Below are positions 48,367 to 57,654 of a DNA stretch of 64,000 nucleotides, piece by piece. The stretch covers positions 1,959-65,958 of the forward strand of contig CAMJYM010000007.1 of the NCBI GenBank assembly GCA_946220865.1. Reading direction: 5' to 3'. This stretch comes from an uncultured Clostridia bacterium (GTDB taxonomy: Bacteria; Bacillota; Clostridia; Saccharofermentanales; DTU023). The notes beneath the pieces are model-generated. The model searched no databases and was not told the DNA's origin. It saw nothing but the letters and a program-made list of their open reading frames with translations. Position 1 is the stretch's first letter; each line of letters begins with the position of its first letter. The translations under genes were made by a program, and so were the position numbers.

Positions 48367-49927
48367 CTACTTGTTCTTTAGTCTGTTTGTCTATGCCCAG
48401 CATATAGCGTCCCAGATTGTCCTCTGTTAATTCGGAAAGCTGCGGGAAATACGCAGCAATTTCGCCCTCAAACATCACCAGTAAACGATCAGAAAGACAA
48501 AACAATTCATTTAAGTCACTGGAAATAAGGAAAACCGTTTTACCCGCATCCCTCATGGCTACCAATCTGCGCCGAATAAATTCACTCGCACCTACATCAA
48601 CTCCACGCGTTGGCTGATCAGCAATAATGATCTCAGGATCACTGGATAATTCCCGTGCCAAAACTACTTTTTGAATATTTCCCCCAGATAAACTGGTAAT
48701 TTCCACGTCAGAACTCTGAGCCAAAACACCATAAGATTTGATCATCTGACGACCATACTCCCTGATCGCTTTTAGTCTCAGCAACCCTCCTTTGCTAAAG
48801 TCAGGTAAATTCACTTTATCCGCTAACATATTGTCAGTGATAGAAAGCGTCGGAGCCAGACCAATAGTCATCCGATCTTCAGGAATGTAGCTAAGTTTTC
48901 GTAATCTCAGCTGACGGATCGATGAGTTTTTGATTGATTGATTGAATATTTCAATTTCTCCTCCCTCGTATTGACACATACCAGTAAGTGCCTCAACGAG
49001 CTCAGCCTGACCATTTCCCTCTACTCCCGCTAAACCGAGAATCTCTCCACGTTTCGCCACAAAAGAGATACCTTTTAAAACTTTTCGGCCTTCGTCATTC
49101 ATCATGGAAAGATTTTTTACTCTTAACACGGTTTCGCCAGGTTGAGGGGCTTTTTTTTCAAAGTTGAGCACCACATCTCTGCCAACCATCATATGAGAAA
49201 TCTGCTCTTCAGAAAGCTTAGATAATGGGTACACTCCAACCGTTCGGCCCTGGCGCATGATGGTAATACGATCACAGAGTTCACGAACCTCCCCTAATTT
49301 GTGACTGATAAAGATAATGGTGTATCCATCATTTTTCAGACTCCTGAGCTGAACAAAGAGTTCCCGTGTTTCCTGAGGAGTGAGAACAGCGGTCGGCTCA
49401 TCGAGAATCAAAATTTTTGCACCTCGGATCAAGGCTTTGAGAATTTCCAGCTTTTGTTTTTGGCCTACAGTTAAATCACGCACTTTTTGCTTAGGTTCAA
49501 TCGGCAGATTGTATTTTTGGGAGATATTCAAAACCTGCTGTTCCGCTTTTTTTCTATCAATAACAAGGCCGCAGACCGTTGGTTCTATCCCCAGAATCAT
49601 ATTATCCATAGAAGATAGCGATTCAACCAGCATAAAATGCTGATGTACCATGCCAATACCTATTTGGATAGCGGTATGAGGGGACGCGATCTCGACAGCT
49701 TTTCCATTAATATATATCGTTCCACGAGTCGCACGCTCTTCCCCAAAAAGAATTTTCATCAGGGTAGACTTGCCTGCCCCGTTTTCACCGCTTAAAGCAT
49801 GTATTTCGCCTGTATTCACGCTAAAAGTGACATCTTTATTGGCCACTACACCATTGGGGTACACCTTTGTGATACCCTCCATGCGTAAGGCTTCTTTATT
49901 TACCATTATCCCACCCGTTTTTCTCAT
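48347..49927 (-). CDS. ABC transporter ATP-binding protein with duplicated ABC cassettes
   Basis: GENGAGKST Walker A, LSVGQKQ-type signature (LTVGQKQKLEI), ILILDEPTA, and a second cassette with LSGGNIQK. The true start may be the ATG at 49906. Confidence 0.9.
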   Translation of the reverse strand: MRKTGGIMVNKEALRMEGITKVYPNGVVANKDVTFSVNTGEIHALSGENGAGKSTLMKILFGEERATRGTIYINGKAVEIASPHTAIQIGIGMVHQHFMLVESLSSMDNMILGIEPTVCGLVIDRKKAEQQVLNISQKYNLPIEPKQKVRDLTVGQKQKLEILKALIRGAKILILDEPTAVLTPQETRELFVQLRSLKNDGYTIIFISHKLGEVRELCDRITIMRQGRTVGVYPLSKLSEEQISHMMVGRDVVLNFEKKAPQPGETVLRVKNLSMMNDEGRKVLKGISFVAKRGEILGLAGVEGNGQAELVEALTGMCQYEGGEIEIFNQSIKNSSIRQLRLRKLSYIPEDRMTIGLAPTLSITDNMLADKVNLPDFSKGGLLRLKAIREYGRQMIKSYGVLAQSSDVEITSLSGGNIQKVVLARELSSDPEIIIADQPTRGVDVGASEFIRRRLVAMRDAGKTVFLISSDLNELFCLSDRLLVMFEGEIAAYFPQLSELTEDNLGRYMLGIDKQTKEQVDEAANE

Positions 49928-50042
49928 TCATAAGTCTTTTCGGTACCGATCTTGCGAATACCTAATGAAAAAGATAATAAACGACAAATCCGCGGGCAGT
50001 TATATTCTGCCAACGGATCTGTCGCCTTGCAAAGGATGAAGA

Positions 50043-51302
50043 TTAAGGCTTCATGCCGTCGCGAAGTTCAGCAACCTTTTCTGTTTCCATTCCAAAGGCA
50101 CTGCCAACTTTAATGCTGCCATCGCTAATTTTGGCAGCAATGTCATTCAACTTTGACCGGATATCCTGGGGAACCAGTTTCTCGTAGTTCGCGTTTTCAG
50201 CCAAACCTACCGCTCCATCTTTAATGCCAAGAATATAATTCTCACCAAGAACATAATCACCTTTTATGTAACCTTGGACAGCATTAAAAATTGAATCTCC
50301 GATATTCTTCATTGTTGATGAAACAACATTTCTCACACCCTTCTGGTCGCTTTCGTGCAGCATACCCCAAATATCATTGTCACATGCAATAAAAAGTTTA
50401 TTACGATCAGCAGAAGCTTGCACCGAACCGAGTATGCTCTGAGACGCAGGAGCATAGATAATTTGGGCACCTTGGTTATACATCTGTGTCGTCATTTCCA
50501 GACATTTAGGAACATCTTCAAAGGAACCTACATAGCTTGTCAGGAGTTTAATCTCAGGATCGATATATTTAATTCCTTCAATGTAGCCAATCAGAAAGTC
50601 ATTGATGTTAGGAGTATCCATGGACCCGACAAAACCAAGAATGCGTTTATTTTTTTCCACTTTTTCATCACCAGAATCCAGCATGAGCGCTGCAAGTGCA
50701 CCACCCATAAAAGCTGTTTCATTAGACTGGTATGTCACGCCCATCATATTCTTGGCATTGGCAACATCGAAATCGACAATCCCGTCAAAAAATAAATAAT
50801 GCTTTTGGGGATACTTGGCCGCAATTTCTTCTGCGAGCTCTTTAACTGACCAAGTGCCGGAGATAATCAAATCCCAATCCTTTTCACTCTCATCCAGAAA
50901 ATAACCTTCATAAGTCGTTTCGTCGCGGCCCATTTCTATAATTTTCACTTCACAACCCAGCTCATCACGCAAGCGATAAATACCCGAAGCTGCGTTGTCA
51001 TAGAACCCTTTATCTCCTAAATTTCCGTTAACCAGATAAACCAGCTTGAAAGGATGATCTTGCTTTGTCGTATTAACCTTTTCAGCTGCATCGGTTGTAA
51101 CTTCATTTGGCTCACTCTTCTGAGCTGCGGCCTCAGTGTTTGCAGAATTTTCCTGAGTTTCATCCATTTTTCCTGCTTTAGTTTCCTCAGCAGTTTTAGC
51201 CGTTGCAGAACTTTTGGGTGCCGCATTCTGAGTGCAGGCAGCCCCAAGCGTGACAAGCATGACCAGAGCCAGCACACATGCCATAAATTTCGCTGTTTTC
51301 AT
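50043..51302 (-). CDS. BMP-family ABC transporter substrate-binding lipoprotein (nucleoside-binding)
   Basis: Start at ATG 51302 (MKTAKFMACV) after GAGGAGG. Lipobox LGAAC, a Thr/Ala/Glu-rich linker, then a Bmp/PnrA-like domain. Confidence 0.85.
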   Translation of the reverse strand: MKTAKFMACVLALVMLVTLGAACTQNAAPKSSATAKTAEETKAGKMDETQENSANTEAAAQKSEPNEVTTDAAEKVNTTKQDHPFKLVYLVNGNLGDKGFYDNAASGIYRLRDELGCEVKIIEMGRDETTYEGYFLDESEKDWDLIISGTWSVKELAEEIAAKYPQKHYLFFDGIVDFDVANAKNMMGVTYQSNETAFMGGALAALMLDSGDEKVEKNKRILGFVGSMDTPNINDFLIGYIEGIKYIDPEIKLLTSYVGSFEDVPKCLEMTTQMYNQGAQIIYAPASQSILGSVQASADRNKLFIACDNDIWGMLHESDQKGVRNVVSSTMKNIGDSIFNAVQGYIKGDYVLGENYILGIKDGAVGLAENANYEKLVPQDIRSKLNDIAAKISDGSIKVGSAFGMETEKVAELRDGMKP

Positions 51303-51373
51303 GTTGTTCCTCCTCGTTATAAATAACCAAACTGAAATCTCAGATTGATCTTGACCAAACATTATTTAATACG

Positions 51374-52141
51374 CTACATCCGATCTTCAAGAATGATGGT
51401 CCGCATGGCCTCAACGGCAACTTCAATGGCGCGATATTCCAGATTTTTGGGGTTATTTTTTCTGCTTTCATTGGAATAGGCTTTGTAATTTGTTGCTGAA
51501 ATGAGGACTGTCGCAGTTCTTATCCGCAAAATATCGCCAATAATAAACAGCACAGCAGACTCCATCTCGGTAGAACATGCACCGCCTTTTTCATAGCTCA
51601 ACCAACGAGGTTCCAAGTCAAAGCCCACAGGCTTTTCAGCTGCAGCGATTTGAGTATAAAAAGAAGCTTTAGTGATTGTAGGTGCAATATTGTACCGATA
51701 GCCTATTTTGCACGCGGCTTCTTCCAATTTTTCAAGCAGATACATATTAGGAACGGAGGGAAACTCAATCGGTGCATAGTGATTAGCTACTCCTTCCATC
51801 CTTACTGCAGCATTGGGAATCACAATATCCCCAACCTCCACTTTTGGTGATGTGGAGGCACAGGAACCGACACGGAGCATGGTGTGTGCACCTAATTCAT
51901 ATAATTCCTCTACAGCAATTGCGGTTGAAGGACAGCCAATACCTGTTGAACAGACCGTAACGGGCACACCCTCCAGAGTACCCGTAAATGAACGAAATTC
52001 ACGATTATACCCTACCTCTCTGGGTTCATCCAAATAGGTGGAAATTTTTTCAGAGCGTTCAGGGCTGCCAGGTAGAAACACATACTTACCAATATCCCCT
52101 TTGCTTAGTCCGATATGCATCATTTTTTTTAATTTGCCCAT
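51374..52141 (-). CDS. nucleoside phosphorylase, PNP/UDP family, paralog 2
   Basis: MMHIGLSKGDIGKYVFLPGSPERS, STGIGCPSTAIAVEEL and EMESAVLF motifs. Confidence 0.8.
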   Translation of the reverse strand: MGKLKKMMHIGLSKGDIGKYVFLPGSPERSEKISTYLDEPREVGYNREFRSFTGTLEGVPVTVCSTGIGCPSTAIAVEELYELGAHTMLRVGSCASTSPKVEVGDIVIPNAAVRMEGVANHYAPIEFPSVPNMYLLEKLEEAACKIGYRYNIAPTITKASFYTQIAAAEKPVGFDLEPRWLSYEKGGACSTEMESAVLFIIGDILRIRTATVLISATNYKAYSNESRKNNPKNLEYRAIEVAVEAMRTIILEDRM

Positions 52142-52159
52142 AGCATTGACTCCTATAGT

Positions 52160-52939
52160 CTATTCAGCTTTTTGCTGATCAGCACGGATCAATTTACACA
52201 TTGCTGAAATTCCAACCTCAATTGCCCGCTGTTCATAATCTCTTGGATAGTCATCGTCATCATTTGAATAATGTCGATAATTCGTTGCTGAGATCATCAC
52301 CGAAGACATACGGATGCCTAAGCTGGCTCCTACTAAAAACAATACCGAGCATTCCATACTGGTACTTGTAGCTCCAGCTTTTTCATACGCTTCCCACTTC
52401 CATTTGAGTTCGGGATAAACCGGCTTAGTCTCAGGTGAAACTTCCGTATAAAATGAATCCTTTGTAATGGTGATACCCGTATCAAAAGGATATCCACTTT
52501 CTATAGCCGCCTGTTTTAAGGCCTTAAAAGAGGTATAATCAGGTACCGCTGGAAATTCAACAGGCAAATAATGACTGCCTGTACCTTCCATGCGGACAGC
52601 TCCCTTAGGAATAACAACCGTTCCGATTTTAACCTGTTCTGCTGTTGATGCACACGACCCTATGCGCATCATGGTATCCGCGCCGCACTGATATAGTTCT
52701 TCAACAGCGATGGCTGCGGATGGACCGCCGATTCCAGTGGACGTAACAGCAACCTTCTCTCCGCAAAGCTCACCCACATAAGTCAGATATTCACGGTGGT
52801 GGACAAGTTCCTTTGGATGATTAAAATATTGAGCAATGAGTTTTACTCTCTCTACACTGCCCGGAATAAAAACATAGCGACCGATTTCACCTTCACTTAT
52901 CCCAATATGCATCATTTTTTTAGGTTCATTCATTCTCAT
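52160..52939 (-). CDS. nucleoside phosphorylase, PNP/UDP family, paralog 3
   Basis: MMHIGISEGEIGRYVFIPGSVERV and STGIGGPSAAIAVEEL. It is clearly a paralog of 51374..52141. Confidence 0.8.
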   Translation of the reverse strand: MRMNEPKKMMHIGISEGEIGRYVFIPGSVERVKLIAQYFNHPKELVHHREYLTYVGELCGEKVAVTSTGIGGPSAAIAVEELYQCGADTMMRIGSCASTAEQVKIGTVVIPKGAVRMEGTGSHYLPVEFPAVPDYTSFKALKQAAIESGYPFDTGITITKDSFYTEVSPETKPVYPELKWKWEAYEKAGATSTSMECSVLFLVGASLGIRMSSVMISATNYRHYSNDDDDYPRDYEQRAIEVGISAMCKLIRADQQKAE

Positions 52940-53410
52940 TTCTCCTGGATTAAAACATTCAACCTTTGAGCCAATTATAGTGAGGAATTATTGGCTGAAA
53001 CTCTTCATAACAGGCCTAAAACCATTGAAGTGGTCTATGAAATGGTGTTCTGGAATACACCCTTTTAATAGACAGTCATTCTGACGGCAATGTGATCTTC
53101 ACATAGTTGTAAAACCTTTATAAAAGCCGAGGGTTTTCCTGAAAAGCTCACTATTTTCACCCATTAACCTTCACTTCCTCAACAAAGAAAACACAAAAGT
53201 CTTTCTTGTGAATAACATTTTTTTGTTAAAATAAATTAACATAATGTGCATATTATGTCAACATTCATCGTTAAAATTCAGAAAACTCTCGTAAATGAGC
53301 TAAATAGATTATTTCTTTTATTTACAGAAAATGGAGAAGATGATAACTTTAGTGGAAAAATTGCTGGTATTCACATTAAGACGTATTTATTGTGAGGATT
53401 GTATTTCAAA

Positions 53411-54166
53411 ATGAGAAACAAAAAAGCACAACGACAGACGGAGTTGATCAGGATACTAAAAACCCAAGGCTCATTACCCGTCAGCACACTTGCGCAAATT
53501 CTGGGGGTCTCCGGTATGACAATTAGGCGGGACTTAGCAGAATTAAGCGAGTATCAGCCAGAAATAGGTCATGATGAAAGAACTGAGTTAAATTACGGCT
53601 ACAATTTATTTGATGCACTAAAAAAATCAAATGACAAAAAAAACGCAATAGGGCTTTTTGCAGCTTCTTTAATCTCACCCGATGATATAATTATGATTGA
53701 TACTGGCAGTACAACCGCCAAGATGATACCACATTTACCTTTAAATAGGAATATTACAGTGCTTTGTTTTAATGCAAATGTGCTGTTTGAGCTGCGCTAC
53801 AAGAGTGGCATAAAACTATTATTTTGTGGTGGTGTCTTCCACAAGGACACTGAAATGTTTGAGAGTCCTGAATCAATTCAATTCATTAACCGCATACGCG
53901 CAAATAAAGTGTTTCTTTCTGCTGCTGGCATTCATAAACAAATGGGCATTACATGCGTGAACCCCTACGAAGTTCCCACTAAAAAAGCGATCATTCATTC
54001 ATCCTTGCAACGCATATTACTGGTTGATTCAGGGAAATTTAATCAAATTCACCCTGCTTTCTTCTGCGATCTTGACGATATTCAAGTCATCGTAACAGAC
54101 AAAAACCTGTCAGAGGATTGGCGGAATTATATTCTAGAAAAAGAAATTACCTTACACTTGGTTTGA
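53411..54166 (+). CDS. DeoR-family transcriptional regulator
   Basis: RQTELIRILKTQGSLPVSTLAQILGVSGMTIRRDL HTH plus a DeoR C-terminal sensor domain. The ATG at 53411 is preferred over the track TTG at 53399. It is divergent from the nucleoside operon. Confidence 0.85.
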   Translation: MRNKKAQRQTELIRILKTQGSLPVSTLAQILGVSGMTIRRDLAELSEYQPEIGHDERTELNYGYNLFDALKKSNDKKNAIGLFAASLISPDDIIMIDTGSTTAKMIPHLPLNRNITVLCFNANVLFELRYKSGIKLLFCGGVFHKDTEMFESPESIQFINRIRANKVFLSAAGIHKQMGITCVNPYEVPTKKAIIHSSLQRILLVDSGKFNQIHPAFFCDLDDIQVIVTDKNLSEDWRNYILEKEITLHLV

Positions 54167-54289
54167 TCATTAAAATTCTTTCCGCAATTGTAACTGAAAT
54201 GCCATTTTAAATAAAAACGCCAAATCCAGGATGGCCAGTGCCGGCAAGGAATAATTAAAATTTGTGAGTGTGGGTTCTCTACAATATCA

Positions 54290-54410
54290 CTTATAAGTGC
54301 CGAGTTGGTGCTGGAACTCCAAGCATCACAGCAAAGAATCAGCCAGTTAACGATTGAACGTGACTGGTTGGAAAAAAGCTGACAAAATCTTTGGATAACC
54401 GTCAAACCTG
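54290..54410 (+). mobile_element. IS3-family OrfA C-terminal remnant with frameshift heptamer
   Basis: SAELVLELQASQQRISQLTIERDWLEK, then the canonical slippery A-AAA-AAG at 54372-54378. The -1 frame continues KLTKSLDNRQ for 14 codons only. Confidence 0.5.
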
Positions 54411-54787
54411 TGGGCGGTGAGATGGCATCTACATTTGTTGTTTGAAATGAGCGGGTGTGAGCTCGGAGATTTTCTCTTTTTCGCCAGCCTCGGACTTGCC
54501 TGCCTCGGTGAGACTGAAACCATGTTGTTTCGGCTAATACCTGCAGAAACCTTCATATCTATATACCCGCCGCAGCCGGATCGCTTTATTCTCTTCCTCT
54601 CCTGGCTTTTCTCCTGGCGGCAGTAAGACCACAAAATGCTCCCTCCACTCTTGCTAAATGAGATTCTCTTTACTGGCTCTGCTTGTCCGGTTCGGTGGCT
54701 CTCACCGCGCCGGACAGGCGGCTTCGCCGCACCGTAATAAACAAGTCTCGCTTCCAGCGCTTCTCTCACTTTCTTTTTTTCATGGAT

Positions 54788-54883
54788 GCTGTTTATCTTA
54801 TGATCAGCTTCTCGTTCAAGCTGATTATTTTTTGATCAGCTTCTCGTTCAAACCGTTTATCTTGTGAGCAGCTTCTCGTCCAA
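54788..54883. repeat. three tandem 32-bp copies of the 3-prime end of the ATPase gene
   Basis: The three units are 54788-54819, 54820-54851 and 54852-54883. The third unit holds the real last 8 codons plus the stop (LDEKLLTR-stop). The other two read LNEKLIIR-stop and LNEKLIKK-stop on the minus strand. Confidence 0.85.
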
Positions 54884-56173
54884 TAGGAAATCCTCGATCC
54901 CGATATACTGAATTCCATTCTCATCCTGCCAGGGTTTCATGTAGTCCTTGACAACCACGATCTTCCGGAAGGAATCCGGAATTCTGATCAGGGATGCGAT
55001 CTCCTGCTCTTTCTTTTCTGAGTCTGCAATTGTAAGCGCTGACTGAATATAGTAGCGCTCATCTCCACGATTTACCACAAAGTCAAGCTCCAGCTGCTTC
55101 CGGATATTCTTCCCTGAATCGTCCCTTACATTCTGCTCGACCATACCAACATCAACATCGAAGCCTCTGCGGATAAGGTCGTTGTAAAGGACATTCTCCA
55201 TCATGTGGGTTTCCTCCAGCTGTCTGAAGCCGAGTCTGACATTACGCAATCCTGGATCAGAAAAGTAATACTTGAGTGGGGTTTTGATGTATTTACGTCC
55301 TTTTACATCATACCGCTCTGCCTTCTGAATAAGAAATGCGTCCATGAAGAATCCAATGTATTTGTCAATTGTATCAGGCGCAATGCGAATCTGCCGCTCA
55401 CTGGCAAACGTGTTTGACAGCCTGCTTGGATTCGTTAAAGAGCCGATGCCGGAAGCAAGCACGTTCAGAAGAATCTCCAAAACCTCTGCATCATTGTTGA
55501 TCTGATGGCGCTCCAGGACATCTTTGATATAGGATCTGTTGAACAAATCCCGCAGATAACGACTCTTCTCTTCATACGATTCCATCATCCATACAAGTGG
55601 CATTCCGCCATAGGTATAGTAATCGCGCCACGCTCCGCGCTTATCTCCCTCATAAAGCTCGTAGACTTCCGCGAAAGACAGCGGATTGACACGAATCTCA
55701 TCCCCACGATCTCTGAACTGGGTAAGGATATCCGATGAGAGCATTTTAGAGTTACTGCCCGTTACATAGATGTCCGCATTCGGGAGCTTCATGAGTCCGA
55801 GCAGCACATCGATAAAGGTGAGTTTTTCATTCGGGTCATCTACATACGGATTAGGGATTTCGCTCACAAATTGGATTTCATCAATAAACACATAGTAGCG
55901 TTTATCCTTATCCGGCATCCGCTCCTTCACGACTTTGTTCAGTTCAAAAGGATTTCTGTACTTCGCATTGTCGATCTCGTCCAGAGCGAGCCCTACGATC
56001 TGATCCTCTCCTACACCATTGTCCAGAAGGTACTGGCGGTAAAGGGTAAACAGAAGGTAGGACTTCCCGCTCCGGCGAAGACCGGTGATGACTTTGATAC
56101 GTCCATTGTCCTTTTTCCGGATCAGCTGATCCATATATTGTTTTCTTGCATATTGCATCGCTATAATCTCCAT
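54857..56173 (-). CDS. AAA ATPase of the AAA_14/DUF4143 type
   Basis: Walker A GLRRSGKS, Walker B YYVFIDEIQ, and a DUF4143-like C-terminal region. The true start is possibly the ATG at 56158 (MQYARKQYMDQL), which has a GGAG upstream. Confidence 0.8.
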   Translation of the reverse strand: MEIIAMQYARKQYMDQLIRKKDNGRIKVITGLRRSGKSYLLFTLYRQYLLDNGVGEDQIVGLALDEIDNAKYRNPFELNKVVKERMPDKDKRYYVFIDEIQFVSEIPNPYVDDPNEKLTFIDVLLGLMKLPNADIYVTGSNSKMLSSDILTQFRDRGDEIRVNPLSFAEVYELYEGDKRGAWRDYYTYGGMPLVWMMESYEEKSRYLRDLFNRSYIKDVLERHQINNDAEVLEILLNVLASGIGSLTNPSRLSNTFASERQIRIAPDTIDKYIGFFMDAFLIQKAERYDVKGRKYIKTPLKYYFSDPGLRNVRLGFRQLEETHMMENVLYNDLIRRGFDVDVGMVEQNVRDDSGKNIRKQLELDFVVNRGDERYYIQSALTIADSEKKEQEIASLIRIPDSFRKIVVVKDYMKPWQDENGIQYIGIEDFLLDEKLLTR

Positions 56174-56174
56174 G

Positions 56175-56283
56175 AAATTTTTGCGGCATCCGCATTTTTT
56201 TCACGAAGTCATTGTATCCCGGGACAGATGAACATATCAAGTCTTAAGTCTAAAAATTTTGCGGATTCCGCATTTTTTCACGC
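56175..56283 (-). promoter_or_regulatory. promoter/operator cassette (copy B) upstream of the ATPase gene
   Basis: Minus strand has TTGATA (56240-56235), an 18-nt spacer, then TACAAT (56216-56211). It is flanked by the palindromic boxes TGCGGATTCCGCA (56260-56272) and TGCGGCATCCGCA (56182-56194). The last 11 codons of the MFS gene are encoded inside the cassette. Confidence 0.6.
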
Positions 56284-57629
56284 CCGGAGGCCCAGAAAAA
56301 GGGGATGGCCGCGAGCTGAGCCAGGACGGAAAGGGCGACCATGGCAGTGAGGTTCAGATCGTAAAGAATACCCAGGAGCCAGCTGCCCAGAAAGAAAAAG
56401 ACCCCGAAGAAAAATTCAAAGAAGCCATAGCCTGTAGCCCGGCTTGCCTTGGGAATCATGGTGGATACGGCCGCTTTCAGGATGGATTCCTGAGCGCCCA
56501 TGCCCACGCCCCACAAGGCGATGCCGAGCAAGAGGGCCGGAACAGTATGCAGGGAAAATACCAGAAAGGCAAAGGGCGCGGAAATGAGCGTTGATAACAC
56601 CAGGGCGAGGCTTCCTTTTTTATCGAAAAGGAGGCCGAAAACCAGCGAACTTACCGCGTCGATCAACATGGCTCCAGCATAGAGTAGCGGCAGAGTTCCC
56701 GTGCTCACCAGTGAGGTCGTTTTCGTAAGACTCCCGCTGAGAGCCGTATACGTTCTGGAAACGTGCATGATAATCAGGGAATAGTCCATGAAGCCAAAGG
56801 CAAAAAAGCTGATCCCGATGATGTAAAAAATAAAGGGCTTTTTTAACTTAAATGGAGCAGGCGTTTCTACTTCCGGTTCGAAGTGTTCTGGATGAGGGAA
56901 TTTCCGTTTCGTGAACAAAAGGAGAATCAGAGTAACCGCTCCCGGTATCGCCAGAAGAGCAAAGGCAAAGGAATAGATCTCAAAACTTGTGCCCTCCGTG
57001 CGGAAAAGCATGACGAGGTAGAGAAGCACCGGCCCGAGAAATGCGCCGATCTGATCCAGCACTTCCTGGATGCCGAAACTTTTGCCGACTCCTTCCTGCG
57101 TGGCGGCAAAGGACATGAGCGTATCTTTGGCCGGTTTTTTGATGGCCTTGCCCATACGCTGGATGATCAAAAGAGCCGCCGCGGCGATCCAGCCATGCTC
57201 GCCAACCAGTGCGAGAGCCGGAACCGCCAGCACATCCAGCACATAACCGCCAATGACCAGCGGCCAGTATTTTTTCGTCTTATCCGTAATTCTGCCGAAA
57301 AGCAGGCGCAGCGAGTAGCCGACCAGCTCGCCAAGACCGGAAACAAAACCGATCGTGCCCGCCGAAGCGCCCAGAAGCGCAAAGTAGGCTCCTCGGATAC
57401 TCGCCGCTCCCTCGTGTGTCATATCCGAAAAAAGACTCACCAGACCGAAGAGCACAATAAAGCTCATGGCCGATGAAAGGCTCTTTTTTGAAAGGCTCTT
57501 TGTCGTCTTTTGCTGCCGATCGGCAGCAGGGTCCTTTTCGCAGAGTTTTTTAGCCATAAACTTGGCACGATCCTCCTCGGCTTTTGAGTTAAGCGATGAT
57601 CTTTCTCCGGTCAGGTGTTCAGATATCAC
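56250..57629 (-). CDS. MFS transporter
   Basis: About 12 TM segments. The start is uncertain (GTG 57629 or ATG 57557). The C-terminal SGREKMRNPQNF is read from the repeat cassette. Confidence 0.75.
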   Translation of the reverse strand: MISEHLTGERSSLNSKAEEDRAKFMAKKLCEKDPAADRQQKTTKSLSKKSLSSAMSFIVLFGLVSLFSDMTHEGAASIRGAYFALLGASAGTIGFVSGLGELVGYSLRLLFGRITDKTKKYWPLVIGGYVLDVLAVPALALVGEHGWIAAAALLIIQRMGKAIKKPAKDTLMSFAATQEGVGKSFGIQEVLDQIGAFLGPVLLYLVMLFRTEGTSFEIYSFAFALLAIPGAVTLILLLFTKRKFPHPEHFEPEVETPAPFKLKKPFIFYIIGISFFAFGFMDYSLIIMHVSRTYTALSGSLTKTTSLVSTGTLPLLYAGAMLIDAVSSLVFGLLFDKKGSLALVLSTLISAPFAFLVFSLHTVPALLLGIALWGVGMGAQESILKAAVSTMIPKASRATGYGFFEFFFGVFFFLGSWLLGILYDLNLTAMVALSVLAQLAAIPFFWASGREKMRNPQNF

Positions 57630-57654
57630 AGTTGTTTTTATTTAGCAGCTTTAT

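Noticed and set aside
54486-54505. GAGGCAGGCAAGTCCGAGGC (minus strand) resembling the RNase P RNA GAGGAAAGTCCGGGC core, within a block of about 380 nt.
   Set aside because: The other RNase P-like phrase (GTAAGACCAC...GCTAAATGAG) lies on the opposite strand. The remaining universally conserved segments are absent, and the block sits among IS debris.
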